A DNA stretch of 64,000 bases, taken from the NCBI GenBank assembly GCA_964427735.1, contig CAYRUS010000001.1:162173-226172 (forward strand), in the 5' to 3' direction. Numbering within the stretch: position 1 is the stretch's first letter; every line of letters begins with the position of its first letter. The stretch is from an uncultured Gammaproteobacteria bacterium (GTDB lineage Bacteria > Patescibacteriota > Microgenomatia > UBA8517). Under the pieces are notes generated by a model, which saw nothing but the letters and a program-made list of their open reading frames with translations, had not been told where the DNA came from and ran no database searches. This document shows positions 29,207-39,809 of the stretch, one piece after another. The position numbers were made by a program, and so were the translations under genes.

Positions 29207-30208
29207 TCAGGAGCGATTTTGGATGTACCAGTGGATAGTTTTAGCAAGACCCTCATCAAAGCTAGTTGAAGAAATAAAGCCAAATTTTTCAGCAGCCTTC
29301 GAGGTATCTAATTTACGTCGAGGCTGTCCATCTGGTTTAGAAGTATCCCAAGCAATTCTACCTGTAAAACCAACTAGATTTTTTATTTTTCCTGCTAACT
29401 CACGAATTGAAATTTCACAACTACTGCCAACATTAATAGGATCAGAATCATCATAAAATTGTGCAGCCAAAAGTATTGCTTCAGCAGCATCTTCAACATA
29501 CAAAAACTCTCTTGTTGCACTTCCGGTTCCCCAAACTACGACTTCATCTTTTCTTGACTCCTTCGCATCGACAAATTTTTTAATAAGAGCTGGTATTACA
29601 TGGGAAGACTCAGGATCAAAATTATCACCAGGACCATAAAGATTAACTGGAAGCAGATATATACTTTCCAATCCATATTGATTTCTATAAGCATCTCCCA
29701 AAACAAGAAGCATTTTTTTTGCAAGACCGTATGGTGCATTCGTTTCTTCTGGATACCCCATCCATAAATCTTCCTCTTTAAAAGGAACTGGAGTGTTTTT
29801 GGGATACGCGCACACTGTCCCTGTTATTACAACTTTCTTTACTTTAGCCTCATTTGCCACCTGCAAAACGTTCATACCCATAATCATATTATCCTTAAAA
29901 AGCTCTACAGGATAATTCATGTTATAACCAATTCCGCCTACGTTTGCGGCTAGATGCACTACAATATCTCCACTTATTACTTTTCTTGCACTTTCTAAAT
30001 CTCCTAAATCATATTCTTTCGAAGAAAAAGTAACGATCTCCTTTGGGCTATATTCTCTTAGTTTTGCTACTAAATGACTACCTAAAAACCCAGTACCGCC
30101 AGTAATTACAACTCTTTTTCCTTCCCAAAATTCCATTCTTTCCATGCTTCTTGGTAGATATTTTGCTTCTATTCCTGGAAGTTTTTTTCTGCCTTCTTCT
30201 GTACCCAT
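29207..30208 (-). CDS. fcl: GDP-L-fucose synthase family (GDP-4-keto-6-deoxy-D-mannose 3,5-epimerase/4-reductase, Fcl/WcaG-like)
   Basis: Collinear with the E. coli Fcl sequence as I recall it: GTVCAYPK (Fcl GSSCIYPK), ETNAPYGLAKK (PTNEPYAIAKI), NLYGPGDNFDPESSHVIPALIKKF, VVVWGTGSATREFLYVEDAA, INVGSSCEISIRELA, DTSKPDGQPRRKLD. The true start is probably an internal Met (MERMEFWEGKRVVITGG); the ORF carries a 21-aa N-terminal extension. Confidence 0.8.
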   Translation of the reverse strand: MGTEEGRKKLPGIEAKYLPRSMERMEFWEGKRVVITGGTGFLGSHLVAKLREYSPKEIVTFSSKEYDLGDLESARKVISGDIVVHLAANVGGIGYNMNYPVELFKDNMIMGMNVLQVANEAKVKKVVITGTVCAYPKNTPVPFKEEDLWMGYPEETNAPYGLAKKMLLVLGDAYRNQYGLESIYLLPVNLYGPGDNFDPESSHVIPALIKKFVDAKESRKDEVVVWGTGSATREFLYVEDAAEAILLAAQFYDDSDPINVGSSCEISIRELAGKIKNLVGFTGRIAWDTSKPDGQPRRKLDTSKAAEKFGFISSTSFDEGLAKTIHWYIQNRS

Positions 30209-30253
30209 ATGCGATGTTTATTTTATACTTTTAGTTCATTTTTACAAGAAGAG

Positions 30254-31435
30254 CTATGCAATCCAATATCCTCTTATAAAAAGAGACAGATAAATAAATT
30301 GAAGTATGACACAAACAATAGACAATAATTTAAGTTGTGTCTTGGATAATGAAGATACAATTAATGGAAATATTGGAAACAAAACAAGAGAATATCTTGG
30401 CATTGATGAAAATGTTCCAGTAAGTGTGGGCACAAGTAAAGCAATAAAAATAAAAACTAAATAACTAAGACGGATATTCTTGTACAACAAAAATATCAAT
30501 ACAAAAGGTATAGTACCAAAGATAAACTCAGATAAAATATTAAAAAAATGCAAGCTTTTTAAATCAACTGAAAAAAGCATCTTAAAATATCTATAAATTA
30601 CTTGAGGATAAGGAACCAGAGGAATTGCACTTCTCTCAGCACCAAAGCCTGGTTGAGCTGAAAGAAAATACAGAGGGTCACCGTGCGCTTCATTCAAATA
30701 AAGCATATATATAAAAAGTCCTAAGGGAGCGATTAGAAAGCTTAAGAAAACAATTGCTTCATTTTTAACATCATTCTTTTTCTTTTGCAAATAAAACTCT
30801 ATTATTAATGCAAAAATAAGAAGGATACCTATTATTTTTGTCGCAGATGCAAGGCTTGCAAAAACACCTGAAACTAAAAATTTTCCTTTTCGAGCAAAAT
30901 ATAAACTTCCAGCTGCCAAGAATAAAAACAACGATTCCGTATAAATCGCCCCAAAATAAAAAGAAACAGGAAAAGCCAATAACAAAATCACTGAAAGAAA
31001 TGACGTGTTTTTATTGTTGTCTATTTTATAAAGTTTATAAACAAAAATTAATCCAGCCAAAAAAATTAAATTTGAAAGTAATAAGCCTGAATAAAAATAA
31101 GCAGGATCAACAAATATATCAGTATCTAAAGACAAATTTTTGGGAATAAATTTTGAAAATAACCTTATTAAAAAAGGAAAAAGAGGGAAAAAAGCTTCTG
31201 TATATTCTGAGTTATAACCGTTTTGTGCAATCCGTAGATAATGGACACCATCAAAATTACCAAAACCCCAAACCCAATTAGGTAAGCCTGTAATTTCTAA
31301 CGCAGTATCAGCATATGGAAATCTATTCCCAAAGACTGGAATAAAATAGATTGCAAACATCGCAACTACAAAAAGTACTATTCTCCAAGAAACAAAATAA
31401 AAAAATATTTGTCTAATCTCTAAGTAATTTTTCAT
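30254..31435 (-). CDS. GT-C membrane mannosyltransferase-like protein (PIG-V / GT76-like family)
   Basis: 393 aa polytopic. The motif NFDGVHYLRIAQNGYNSEYTEAFFPLFP matches the D-x-x-H/W-Y-L-x-I-A-x-x-G-Y ... AFFPL signature I associate with PIG-V-type mannosyltransferases. Confidence 0.45.
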   Translation of the reverse strand: MKNYLEIRQIFFYFVSWRIVLFVVAMFAIYFIPVFGNRFPYADTALEITGLPNWVWGFGNFDGVHYLRIAQNGYNSEYTEAFFPLFPFLIRLFSKFIPKNLSLDTDIFVDPAYFYSGLLLSNLIFLAGLIFVYKLYKIDNNKNTSFLSVILLLAFPVSFYFGAIYTESLFLFLAAGSLYFARKGKFLVSGVFASLASATKIIGILLIFALIIEFYLQKKKNDVKNEAIVFLSFLIAPLGLFIYMLYLNEAHGDPLYFLSAQPGFGAERSAIPLVPYPQVIYRYFKMLFSVDLKSLHFFNILSEFIFGTIPFVLIFLLYKNIRLSYLVFIFIALLVPTLTGTFSSMPRYSLVLFPIFPLIVSSLSKTQLKLLSIVCVILQFIYLSLFIRGYWIA

Positions 31436-32540
31436 AAACTTTTATAGTCTCGTTGGCTGTTTTATTCCAAGAATACTCTTTTGATTTAAGAACACCTTTC
31501 TCCACAAGATCTTCTTGTAATTTTTTATCTTTTACAACTTTGCTAATTTTATTTGCAAAATCGCTGATTTTTTTAGGATCAGCGTATATTGCAGCGTTAC
31601 CTGCTACTTCTCTATGCACTTTTATATCTGAAGCGACAACAGGAGTGCTGCATGCCATAGCCTCTAATAGAGGAAGTCCAAATCCTTCGCTATAAGAAGG
31701 CTGACAGTATACTGAAGCTAAATTATAAATAGCTACTAACTCCTCATCTCTCACATATCCAGTCAAAACTACATTCTCATCTAAAATAAGCCTTTTTAGA
31801 TCGGCTATGTGCACAAGTTCGGGATGAGGTTTATCAAACATAAACCTTACGTAATCCATCGGACCTTGAATACTATATTTAAATACAGGACTTTCTGCTA
31901 CATCCTTTGCATGTTTACCCACAATAACAAGAGGTAAACTTACTTTCTTTGATGCCTCAATTAAAGTACTCAAATTTTTGTTGTAATTTACATCACCAAC
32001 ATAAAGAACAAATTTATCTGGTAAAGAAAATTTCTTTTTGACAGCATTTAGCTTTTTCTTGTCTTCAACCTTTTTAAAACTACTATTGGCTGCTAAATAT
32101 GTGACGAATATTTTATCTTTAGGAAATTTCAAATGTTTTACGATATCATTTTTAGAAGCTTCCGAAATTGTTATGGCAGCGTCAACTTTTTTAAGCCGGG
32201 ATATGTTTTTGATTAAATTTATTTTTCCTTTAATTCCCGCAGGATAATTTAAAGGATAATTAAGTGGTATTAGGTCATCAATTGTTATTATTGTTTTTGA
32301 TTTAAATTTTTTGTTTGGAAGACTTAAAAAATATGGGTGAAACTGTGTAAAGTGCAAAATTTCATATCCTTCTAGCTTGTTTTTGTTAAAATCAATTGAT
32401 TTAATATCAAAATTTTTATTCTTATTTTTTAGGTGATCTGTTAATTCTTTTACCTGTACGCCAATACCTCTTATGCTATGACCACTAGCAAGCGCGGATA
32501 TATCAATTGCTACTTTTAATTTTTTATTACTACTTGGCAT
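31413..32540 (-). CDS. Glycosyltransferase family 4
   Basis: YSEGFGLPLLEAMACSTPVVASDIKVHREV. Confidence 0.8.
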   Translation of the reverse strand: MPSSNKKLKVAIDISALASGHSIRGIGVQVKELTDHLKNKNKNFDIKSIDFNKNKLEGYEILHFTQFHPYFLSLPNKKFKSKTIITIDDLIPLNYPLNYPAGIKGKINLIKNISRLKKVDAAITISEASKNDIVKHLKFPKDKIFVTYLAANSSFKKVEDKKKLNAVKKKFSLPDKFVLYVGDVNYNKNLSTLIEASKKVSLPLVIVGKHAKDVAESPVFKYSIQGPMDYVRFMFDKPHPELVHIADLKRLILDENVVLTGYVRDEELVAIYNLASVYCQPSYSEGFGLPLLEAMACSTPVVASDIKVHREVAGNAAIYADPKKISDFANKISKVVKDKKLQEDLVEKGVLKSKEYSWNKTANETIKVYEKLLRD

Positions 32541-33407
32541 TTAATTACGTATATATCTCATATAAGCACGAGGAAACCTAATCGCAGAAAAAAAGGAAAA
32601 AACTATTCCTTGATATCCATCTAATATTCCCTTGTGTCTTATCTGAGTCATAAAAAACCATCGAAGCGGCTTTATTATCATATATTTAATAAATGTAGAT
32701 AAATCTTTTTTTGTTTTATTGTCTTTTAACTCCTTAACCATCAATTTGATGTACCTGTCGTTTCTCATAATATACCTTTTAAAAGTTGGGTCCGCCATAT
32801 GAATAAGAGGATTTTGCAGCCAGCCTACTCTCCCATCCACAACAATTTGCTCGTGTACATCCTTTGCTGGAAAATAAGCCTTCCCATTTTTAATCAGACG
32901 TATAACCCCATCCGGATAAACACCACCATACCTTAAATATTTTCCCAGAAAATAATTTAATCTAGGGACAAAAAATCCTGCGTATTCTCCTACATTTTTG
33001 CCAATTTTTCCATCACGTTCTTCTATTAGTTTTGTGTGTCTATCAAACAGCTTTTTTTCTCTTAAAGATTTTTGATATTTTCCAATATCTTTATCTTCCA
33101 TTTGAATAATTTTTATTATTTCTTCAGATAATTCTTTACTGACAATTTCATCTGCATCAAGTTGGAGAATCCACTTATTTTTTGCTTTTTCCAAAGCTTT
33201 TTGCTTATTGATATGGAAAATTTGTTCATTTCTTACTTTATACACTTTTGCACCTTTTTTCTTGGCAATTTCCCTTGTTTTATCTTCAGATGAACCATCA
33301 ACTATAATAATTTCATCAGCAATATCTTTAACTGAATTCAGACATTTACCTATATTTTCTTCTTCGTTAAATGTTGCTAATACAACTGATAGTTTGTTTT
33401 TATTCAT
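32541..33407 (-). CDS. Glycosyltransferase family 2 (same subfamily as 16039..17022, 51483..52244 and 53222..54121)
   Basis: LSVVLATFNEEENI ... IIIVDGSSEDKT ... LQLDADEIV; C-terminal GKYLRYGGVYPDGVIRLIKNG segment. Confidence 0.8.
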   Translation of the reverse strand: MNKNKLSVVLATFNEEENIGKCLNSVKDIADEIIIVDGSSEDKTREIAKKKGAKVYKVRNEQIFHINKQKALEKAKNKWILQLDADEIVSKELSEEIIKIIQMEDKDIGKYQKSLREKKLFDRHTKLIEERDGKIGKNVGEYAGFFVPRLNYFLGKYLRYGGVYPDGVIRLIKNGKAYFPAKDVHEQIVVDGRVGWLQNPLIHMADPTFKRYIMRNDRYIKLMVKELKDNKTKKDLSTFIKYMIIKPLRWFFMTQIRHKGILDGYQGIVFSFFSAIRFPRAYMRYIRN

Positions 33408-33408
33408 T

Positions 33409-35007
33409 TTAATAAGTACTTACTATATAAAATGCTTCACCAATTTGACCTGGAAATTCAATTGGTTTTTGTGTTTTGAAAAAATCTTTGTACCTTAAAC
33501 CACTATACTGGCTTGGCGTCACAATATAAAGCTGACCATCTATAGGTGGACTTTCGATTGGATCCCAATTCCCAAAATTATATTTATCAAATGATTCTAT
33601 AGTATTATAACTTTTACTTTGGTTTTGATCGTATTTTAGAGAAGACAAAAGTTCTGGCAATGGGTACTGAAGGTAATACAGGAAGAAAATATAAGGTTGA
33701 CTACGTTCTTTTGTCATGTACACCTTGTGATAGTCTGGATTATCTTCCACGAATTGGACAATCTGTTTCATTCCGTATTGCCAATCATGAGGGTTCATAC
33801 GAGGATAATTTATTAGGTAATATGAATATGTATAAAGTGACTGAAATATAAAACAAGCTAAAATCACAAATAATGAAGCTGCCTCAATTTTTTTGTTTTT
33901 TGCTAACCTACTAAATCCCGCCACACCAACTGACGCCAATAATTGAGGAGGGCCGATCATAAATATAGACCTGGTTGAGTTTGCAATGTTGGTAGAAATT
34001 GCTCCTGGGAATGGAGCTATCAAAAGCCAAAAGAGCAATAAAATTAATTCCTTAAACTTCCTTTGGGAAAATAAAACAAAAATTCCAATAAAAGAGAATA
34101 TAACTACAACAACACTAAATTGTCCTTTGTCACCTATAAACCCTCTTGGATTTTGGTCACCACGAAATACAAGATAATCTAATGAGAAATATTCCTTGTA
34201 GTTTTTTAAAGATAATTCTAACTGCCCTAGATATTCATTACCAGTATTTTGGAATAGTATTGTTTCATTAATTAAATCGCTCGAGAACTTAGTTTGATTT
34301 GCTCTAGCAAGACCTAGCAATCGAGGCTCTATCACCAACAAGAAAATGAAAAACAAAAAAACTCCTACAGAAATAAATGACAACTTTTTTAATTGAAAAA
34401 GTTCTTTTGTATATAAAAGTACAAGTAATGGTACAAACAAAAACACAACAATTTTTGCAGAATGGTATGAAAGCAAGCTCACCCCAAAAAATCCAAAAGC
34501 AAGTGGTAAAAGATAGTTTTTCCTTTCTAATCCATGAAAAAACAGAGCAAACCCCGCTATGAAGAAAAAAAGCGCAAAGTTAGCTTCCCATAAACCTCTA
34601 GAATAGTGAATATGATAAACACTCAAAGCAAGGAAAATAGCAGATAAAAATGCCACTAACCTATTATTAAATAATTTATTTGCTAGTAGATAAATAAATA
34701 AAATAGTCAAACTTCCAAAAATAGCTGAAGGTAACCTCGTTGTAAAATCGTTTACTCCTAAAAATAAATAGAAAATAGAAGTTATATAAATGTGTACAGG
34801 ATGTTTATCATCCCTAAATGATGTAAAAACTAGTGGTAAAGTATCTCCCCATTCGTCTTTACCCCAATTTTTGATAGTAAAAGCGTTATAAGCTGCGGCT
34901 GCTTCATCCCAATTGAGAGAAGGAGGAACTGAAGTTATTTTAAATACTCTTAATATCCCTGCAATTATTACTATAGCTATTAAAATATATAAATATTTTT
35001 TATTCAT
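33409..35007 (-). CDS. GT-C membrane glycosyltransferase, PMT/ArnT-like (tandem paralog 1 of 4)
   Basis: 532 aa polytopic; N-terminal loop PPSLNWDEAAAAYNAFTIKNWGKDEWGDTLPLVFTSFRDDKHP. Confidence 0.7.
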   Translation of the reverse strand: MNKKYLYILIAIVIIAGILRVFKITSVPPSLNWDEAAAAYNAFTIKNWGKDEWGDTLPLVFTSFRDDKHPVHIYITSIFYLFLGVNDFTTRLPSAIFGSLTILFIYLLANKLFNNRLVAFLSAIFLALSVYHIHYSRGLWEANFALFFFIAGFALFFHGLERKNYLLPLAFGFFGVSLLSYHSAKIVVFLFVPLLVLLYTKELFQLKKLSFISVGVFLFFIFLLVIEPRLLGLARANQTKFSSDLINETILFQNTGNEYLGQLELSLKNYKEYFSLDYLVFRGDQNPRGFIGDKGQFSVVVVIFSFIGIFVLFSQRKFKELILLLFWLLIAPFPGAISTNIANSTRSIFMIGPPQLLASVGVAGFSRLAKNKKIEAASLFVILACFIFQSLYTYSYYLINYPRMNPHDWQYGMKQIVQFVEDNPDYHKVYMTKERSQPYIFFLYYLQYPLPELLSSLKYDQNQSKSYNTIESFDKYNFGNWDPIESPPIDGQLYIVTPSQYSGLRYKDFFKTQKPIEFPGQIGEAFYIVSTY

Positions 35008-36517
35008 TCTTATAAATTATAAAAGCTTCTTCACCTTTTAAATCACTTATAGTTTTTACCTGTTTATAATCTATATTAATATCTGGGGGAATTATTAGTA
35101 AAGAATTTTCTTCTAATTCAACATTTTCATTTGAGATAAATTTATACTTTCCGAATGATTCAACAGTAGAAACTCCCCATTTATCCGGTGGATTATAATT
35201 AACTTCATTCCAAAAAGATTCCGGGTCATATTTATTATAAAAAAGAGTAAATATATATGGTTGACCGTACGTATCCGCTACATGGACTTCATTAAATTCT
35301 TCGAAATTAATACTTTCAGAAAAAACTTGCTTGTAAGGGTATTGCCAATCTAAAGAAGTGGTTTTATTGTAATCAGTTAAAAACTTCTGAAAATACACTA
35401 AAAATGACAAAAACAAAGTAAATATAAGCACAAAATGAATGTATTTCGGATAGTTTTTCTTAACTAATAATGCTCCTGCACCTATAGCAGATATAATAGA
35501 AAAAGAAGGAGCCATTAAAATAGCTCTTAAGGCATGCGGAGATTCTCTTGTGATAGCAGCAGGAATGGGTGCAACTAATAGTAAGGCAAATGGAAGAAAA
35601 TATCTCCCTTTTTTCTTGAAAGTAGTATAAATCCCCACCACAACCAAAACTGATTCCATTAAATAAAGTTGTCCAAATCCGGGAATTTGACTTCTAGGGT
35701 TTGAGTCTCCATCCACAAACAAAAACGTTGGGTTAAAATGTGACATATAATTATTACCAAAATAAAAAATTTTATCTTTAAAAGTATCACCTTCAAGACC
35801 AATCGCTTGTAATCTACTTCCACCATAGTCTTGAAAATAAAGTTTTGTAATAGGCAATAAACTAATAACAAAAACTAAAAATGAAATAATTAAATACTTG
35901 TTTTTTATGATATTTGCTTTCTCTTTAATCAATTGAAGTGCAAATATAAACAAAATACTAATAGGGACAATAACTCTAAAACTATTGTAGTTATATATAC
36001 TTGCTATCCAACTTAGTACTACTAGCAAAAAATATTTAGAATTTCCCCAACTACTTAAAGAGAAAAATATACCTAATAGATAAAAAGCCAAACCTGCGGT
36101 TGCTTCATACCCAGTTCTTGAAAATATAAAGGTCCAAGGAGAGATAATGGATAAAAACAATGCATATAACCCAATAGTATTACTATTAGTTAGTTTTTTG
36201 GTGATTAAATATACTAAAATTACAGCAACAAAAGAATAAATCACAGAGGGCAGTCTTACTGAAAATTCATTTAAACCAAATAATGCAATAAAAGGAACAG
36301 CAGAATATATATACAAAGGAAGCTTAAACTCTCCAAATGCTCTAAAATGAAGAGGAAGAAACTCTCCCCATTCATCACTCCCTGTCTTTAATACTGAATA
36401 TGCGTTATATCCGATAGATGCTTCATCCCAATAAACAGAAGATGGTATTTGATTGATTTTATACAAACGAGTAAACAAAAAAAGTAAAACAATAAACCAA
36501 AGGAAATACCTCTTCAC
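35000..36517 (-). CDS. GT-C membrane glycosyltransferase, PMT/ArnT-like (tandem paralog 2 of 4)
   Basis: 505 aa; SSVYWDEASIGYNAYSVLKTGSDEWGEFLPLHFRAFGEFKLP. Confidence 0.7.
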   Translation of the reverse strand: MKRYFLWFIVLLFLFTRLYKINQIPSSVYWDEASIGYNAYSVLKTGSDEWGEFLPLHFRAFGEFKLPLYIYSAVPFIALFGLNEFSVRLPSVIYSFVAVILVYLITKKLTNSNTIGLYALFLSIISPWTFIFSRTGYEATAGLAFYLLGIFFSLSSWGNSKYFLLVVLSWIASIYNYNSFRVIVPISILFIFALQLIKEKANIIKNKYLIISFLVFVISLLPITKLYFQDYGGSRLQAIGLEGDTFKDKIFYFGNNYMSHFNPTFLFVDGDSNPRSQIPGFGQLYLMESVLVVVGIYTTFKKKGRYFLPFALLLVAPIPAAITRESPHALRAILMAPSFSIISAIGAGALLVKKNYPKYIHFVLIFTLFLSFLVYFQKFLTDYNKTTSLDWQYPYKQVFSESINFEEFNEVHVADTYGQPYIFTLFYNKYDPESFWNEVNYNPPDKWGVSTVESFGKYKFISNENVELEENSLLIIPPDINIDYKQVKTISDLKGEEAFIIYKNE

Positions 36518-38163
36518 TTTACCTCCACTATTTCAAATACCGGTTTCCCATCAAGGAAATAAAAAGTCTCAACTATATTAGCATCTGTTGGAAAATCTCC
36601 AGGCTTACCTACAACTAATATATCTTCATTTGGGTATTTGTTAATGATATCTTGATACTTTGTGCCTTCATCTCCTAAGTCAGGAAATAAAAATTTACCA
36701 AAGCTTTCTACCCAAACCCAATCATGAGATTGATACCTCTTTAAATTCGGATCTGTTTGGAAAGAATCTGGTGGATATTGTAAATAAAACAATGCAAAAA
36801 TATGAGGTTCTCCATAATGTCTCGTAACTACAATTCGATCATAATCTGTAATCCTAGGTTCTATAAAATCATAAACCTGCTTATATCCATATTGCCATTC
36901 TCTTGAGTATGCAAAAGGATAAATAAAATAATAATTAAATAAATACAAACTAAATTGAAACATAAAAACAAAAATTACTAGTGACCATACCGAAAACTGG
37001 TATACTCTTTTTTTGTCTTTGAGATACTTATATGCCTTGTATAATCCATAGGCAGAAATAAGTTGAAAAACAGGCAATGCTATTAAAGTTCTTAAAGCAT
37101 GGGGAATTGTATCGCGGGTCGTCGCTGCAGGTATAATTGAAATTACCAACCAAATTATCAAAATCCATCTATACTTAGATTTATCTTTAAACAATAGGTA
37201 AGCTCCAATAACTAAAAACGGTGCTTGTATCCAGAATAACTCACCTATTCCTTGAACATGGTGATGCTTGTGTTCTGCACCCCTTAAAAATAAAAATTGA
37301 GGACTGAAGTGAGATAGATAATTCTTTGCAAAATAATATGATATATATACTGGTCTGTTGTGGATTAAATTGGTGATTAAACCTGAAAGTTCGGACTCAT
37401 TTCTTCTCTCTTCAATTCTTGGCACGAGACCTGGGTCAGTGGTAATACTAACTAATTCATATCTAGCAGAACCCTCCCCACTTAAAACAAAAGGCACTAA
37501 AGGTAGCAATAATATTAAAAATAATCCACCTGCGAGTAAAAAATAATTTTTAAATTTGAGTATTTCCTTTTGATATACTGCTGCAGTTATCAAAAGAAAA
37601 ATTGGCACAAAAAATCTTGCACTATTGTAGGTATAAACTGCAATCGCAAAAGGAACTGCACTTACTATCCACCACCTCTTATCAGTATTGAAACCACGAA
37701 CAAGAAACCAAACCCCCAACAGTACCCAAAATAAAGAAAAAGAAGATTCAAAAGACGCGCGAGTCAACTGAATATGCCAAACTGAAGTCGCCATTAAAAA
37801 GGCAGTGAAAACCCCTATTTTTTTATTTGAAAATATTTCTTTAGCTACAAAATACGATAATAAAACAGTCAAGGTTCCATAAACAACTGGTGTTATCCTT
37901 ACCCCAAATGCATTAAGACCAAAAAATGCAATCCCCGGAATTGAAGCGTATATTTGAGCTGGAAGCTTATATTCTCCGAAAGATCTAAAATGTAAAGGTA
38001 AAAAACTATTCCACTCGTCTTTACCTGTTTTTAGAATAGAATAAGCGTTATAGCCAATAGACACTTCATCCCAATTGAGTGATGGAGGAATTTCAGTCAC
38101 CTTATTAATTCTTAATAAAAATCCAAGTAAAGCAACTAAAACAATTATCAAAAAGTTTCTCAT
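36514..38163 (-). CDS. GT-C membrane glycosyltransferase, PMT/ArnT-like (tandem paralog 3 of 4)
   Basis: 549 aa; PPSLNWDEVSIGYNAYSILKTGKDEWNSFLPLHFRSFGEYKLP. Confidence 0.7.
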   Translation of the reverse strand: MRNFLIIVLVALLGFLLRINKVTEIPPSLNWDEVSIGYNAYSILKTGKDEWNSFLPLHFRSFGEYKLPAQIYASIPGIAFFGLNAFGVRITPVVYGTLTVLLSYFVAKEIFSNKKIGVFTAFLMATSVWHIQLTRASFESSFSLFWVLLGVWFLVRGFNTDKRWWIVSAVPFAIAVYTYNSARFFVPIFLLITAAVYQKEILKFKNYFLLAGGLFLILLLPLVPFVLSGEGSARYELVSITTDPGLVPRIEERRNESELSGLITNLIHNRPVYISYYFAKNYLSHFSPQFLFLRGAEHKHHHVQGIGELFWIQAPFLVIGAYLLFKDKSKYRWILIIWLVISIIPAATTRDTIPHALRTLIALPVFQLISAYGLYKAYKYLKDKKRVYQFSVWSLVIFVFMFQFSLYLFNYYFIYPFAYSREWQYGYKQVYDFIEPRITDYDRIVVTRHYGEPHIFALFYLQYPPDSFQTDPNLKRYQSHDWVWVESFGKFLFPDLGDEGTKYQDIINKYPNEDILVVGKPGDFPTDANIVETFYFLDGKPVFEIVEVK

Positions 38164-38180
38164 AAAATCCTCAAAAAAAA

Positions 38181-39809
38181 TTAATTTATCTCAGTAACTA
38201 TCATCGCTGGTTCGTTGTCTATTGAATATATAATGCTATTATAATTAGTCACATAATCTTTTTCGTTTATTTGGCCAATATACAAAGTATTTGAAGGCTG
38301 GTTTTCAAGAAAGACATTAATCTCACTTCTTGGAGTAGAACCTATATAAACATTGCCATATTGTAAAAACTCATGTCCATTAATAACAGAAAGATCGTCT
38401 TTATTAATTACAACTACTGGATCAATTTCAGAATACACACGATAGGCAGGTATTATACTTTCTATGCTTGATGAGAGGATTATCCTATCGTAATTACCCT
38501 TATTTTCATTGGCATAAACTGTTGCAATTTCAGCATGCTTAGCCCAAAATTTTGATTGTATAACAGGCTCGACAAAATAAAATCTCGCTAATGCTAAAAT
38601 TAGCTGAGATATTAATAAAAATACTGCAAAATAACCAATCAACCTGTAATTTTTAGATAAGTAGTAAAAACCCAATGATGACAAAATCGTTATAGCAGGA
38701 AACATGAATGAGTTTCTTAACGCATGCTGATCTAACATAAAAGCAGTTGCTATAGGAGTTATTAGTATCCAAGAAAATATTAAGATCGACAATTTATTCC
38801 TCTTTTTGAACATCAAATATATTCCTAAAAATATGGTTATTATTTCTACCCAATAAAACTCCCCCATTGATGTCATGTTGTGACGAGGATTATTGTCTCC
38901 TTCAGTAAACAAAAATCCAATTGAAAAGTTACTCAAATATGACCTTAAAAAGACCATTGAATACTCAATAACTCTATTATGAAAAAGCGGGTCGATAAAC
39001 TCAGGTAGATTATTGCTTATCCTCTCGTAGTTCACTTTTTCAACAATCCTATTGTTAAGAGCTTGGTTACTAAAAATATTTTGATTCAAAAATCTCTCTT
39101 CAGAACCTGCAAATAAAGTTTGATGAACAGATAAAATACCTGCAATTAATAAAATAAAAATTGAAAATATTACCTCTAATTTATATTTACTAACTAATTT
39201 TGTAACTTCCTTTTTGTAAACCACAAAAATAACAATTAACAAAATGGGTAAAGTTAACTTGTAAACAGGATAAGTATGAATAGCTAAGCCCCAACTTATT
39301 GCCCAAATGTATAAGTATTTAATGTTTTTTTGTGATTTTAGTAAAGAATATAAACCAAGTAGAGATAGAAACAATGCAAAATGGGCTTCATAACCACCTC
39401 TTGATAATGATAAGCTCCACAATGAAATTGATGAAAAAGCTGCAGAAATTATAGCCACCTTTTCACTAATAAATTCTTTTACAAAAAGGTATGTAATAGC
39501 TATTATCCCAAGGCTCGACAGTATAGACAAAAACCTAACACCTAGAGCAGTAGGTCCGAATAAATATACAAAAGGTATTGAGAAATATACATAACCAGCA
39601 GGTCTCCCTGCACCAGACGAAAATGTTAATGGCAAAAGCTCTCCAAACTGATCTTTACCGGTTTTTAGAATTGAATAAGCATCATATGCAATAGTTAGTT
39701 CATCTCCATATAAAGATAGTTCAGTAACTTTATAGAATCGAAGAACAGCAGAAAATAATAATATTAAAACTAATATTTTATATTTACTCATTTGCGGATA
39801 CAGGTCCAT
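38181..39809 (-). CDS. GT-C membrane glycosyltransferase, PMT/ArnT-like (tandem paralog 4 of 4, most divergent)
   Basis: 542 aa; ELSLYGDELTIAYDAYSILKTGKDQFGELLPLTFSSGAGRPAGY. Confidence 0.65.
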   Translation of the reverse strand: MDLYPQMSKYKILVLILLFSAVLRFYKVTELSLYGDELTIAYDAYSILKTGKDQFGELLPLTFSSGAGRPAGYVYFSIPFVYLFGPTALGVRFLSILSSLGIIAITYLFVKEFISEKVAIISAAFSSISLWSLSLSRGGYEAHFALFLSLLGLYSLLKSQKNIKYLYIWAISWGLAIHTYPVYKLTLPILLIVIFVVYKKEVTKLVSKYKLEVIFSIFILLIAGILSVHQTLFAGSEERFLNQNIFSNQALNNRIVEKVNYERISNNLPEFIDPLFHNRVIEYSMVFLRSYLSNFSIGFLFTEGDNNPRHNMTSMGEFYWVEIITIFLGIYLMFKKRNKLSILIFSWILITPIATAFMLDQHALRNSFMFPAITILSSLGFYYLSKNYRLIGYFAVFLLISQLILALARFYFVEPVIQSKFWAKHAEIATVYANENKGNYDRIILSSSIESIIPAYRVYSEIDPVVVINKDDLSVINGHEFLQYGNVYIGSTPRSEINVFLENQPSNTLYIGQINEKDYVTNYNSIIYSIDNEPAMIVTEIN

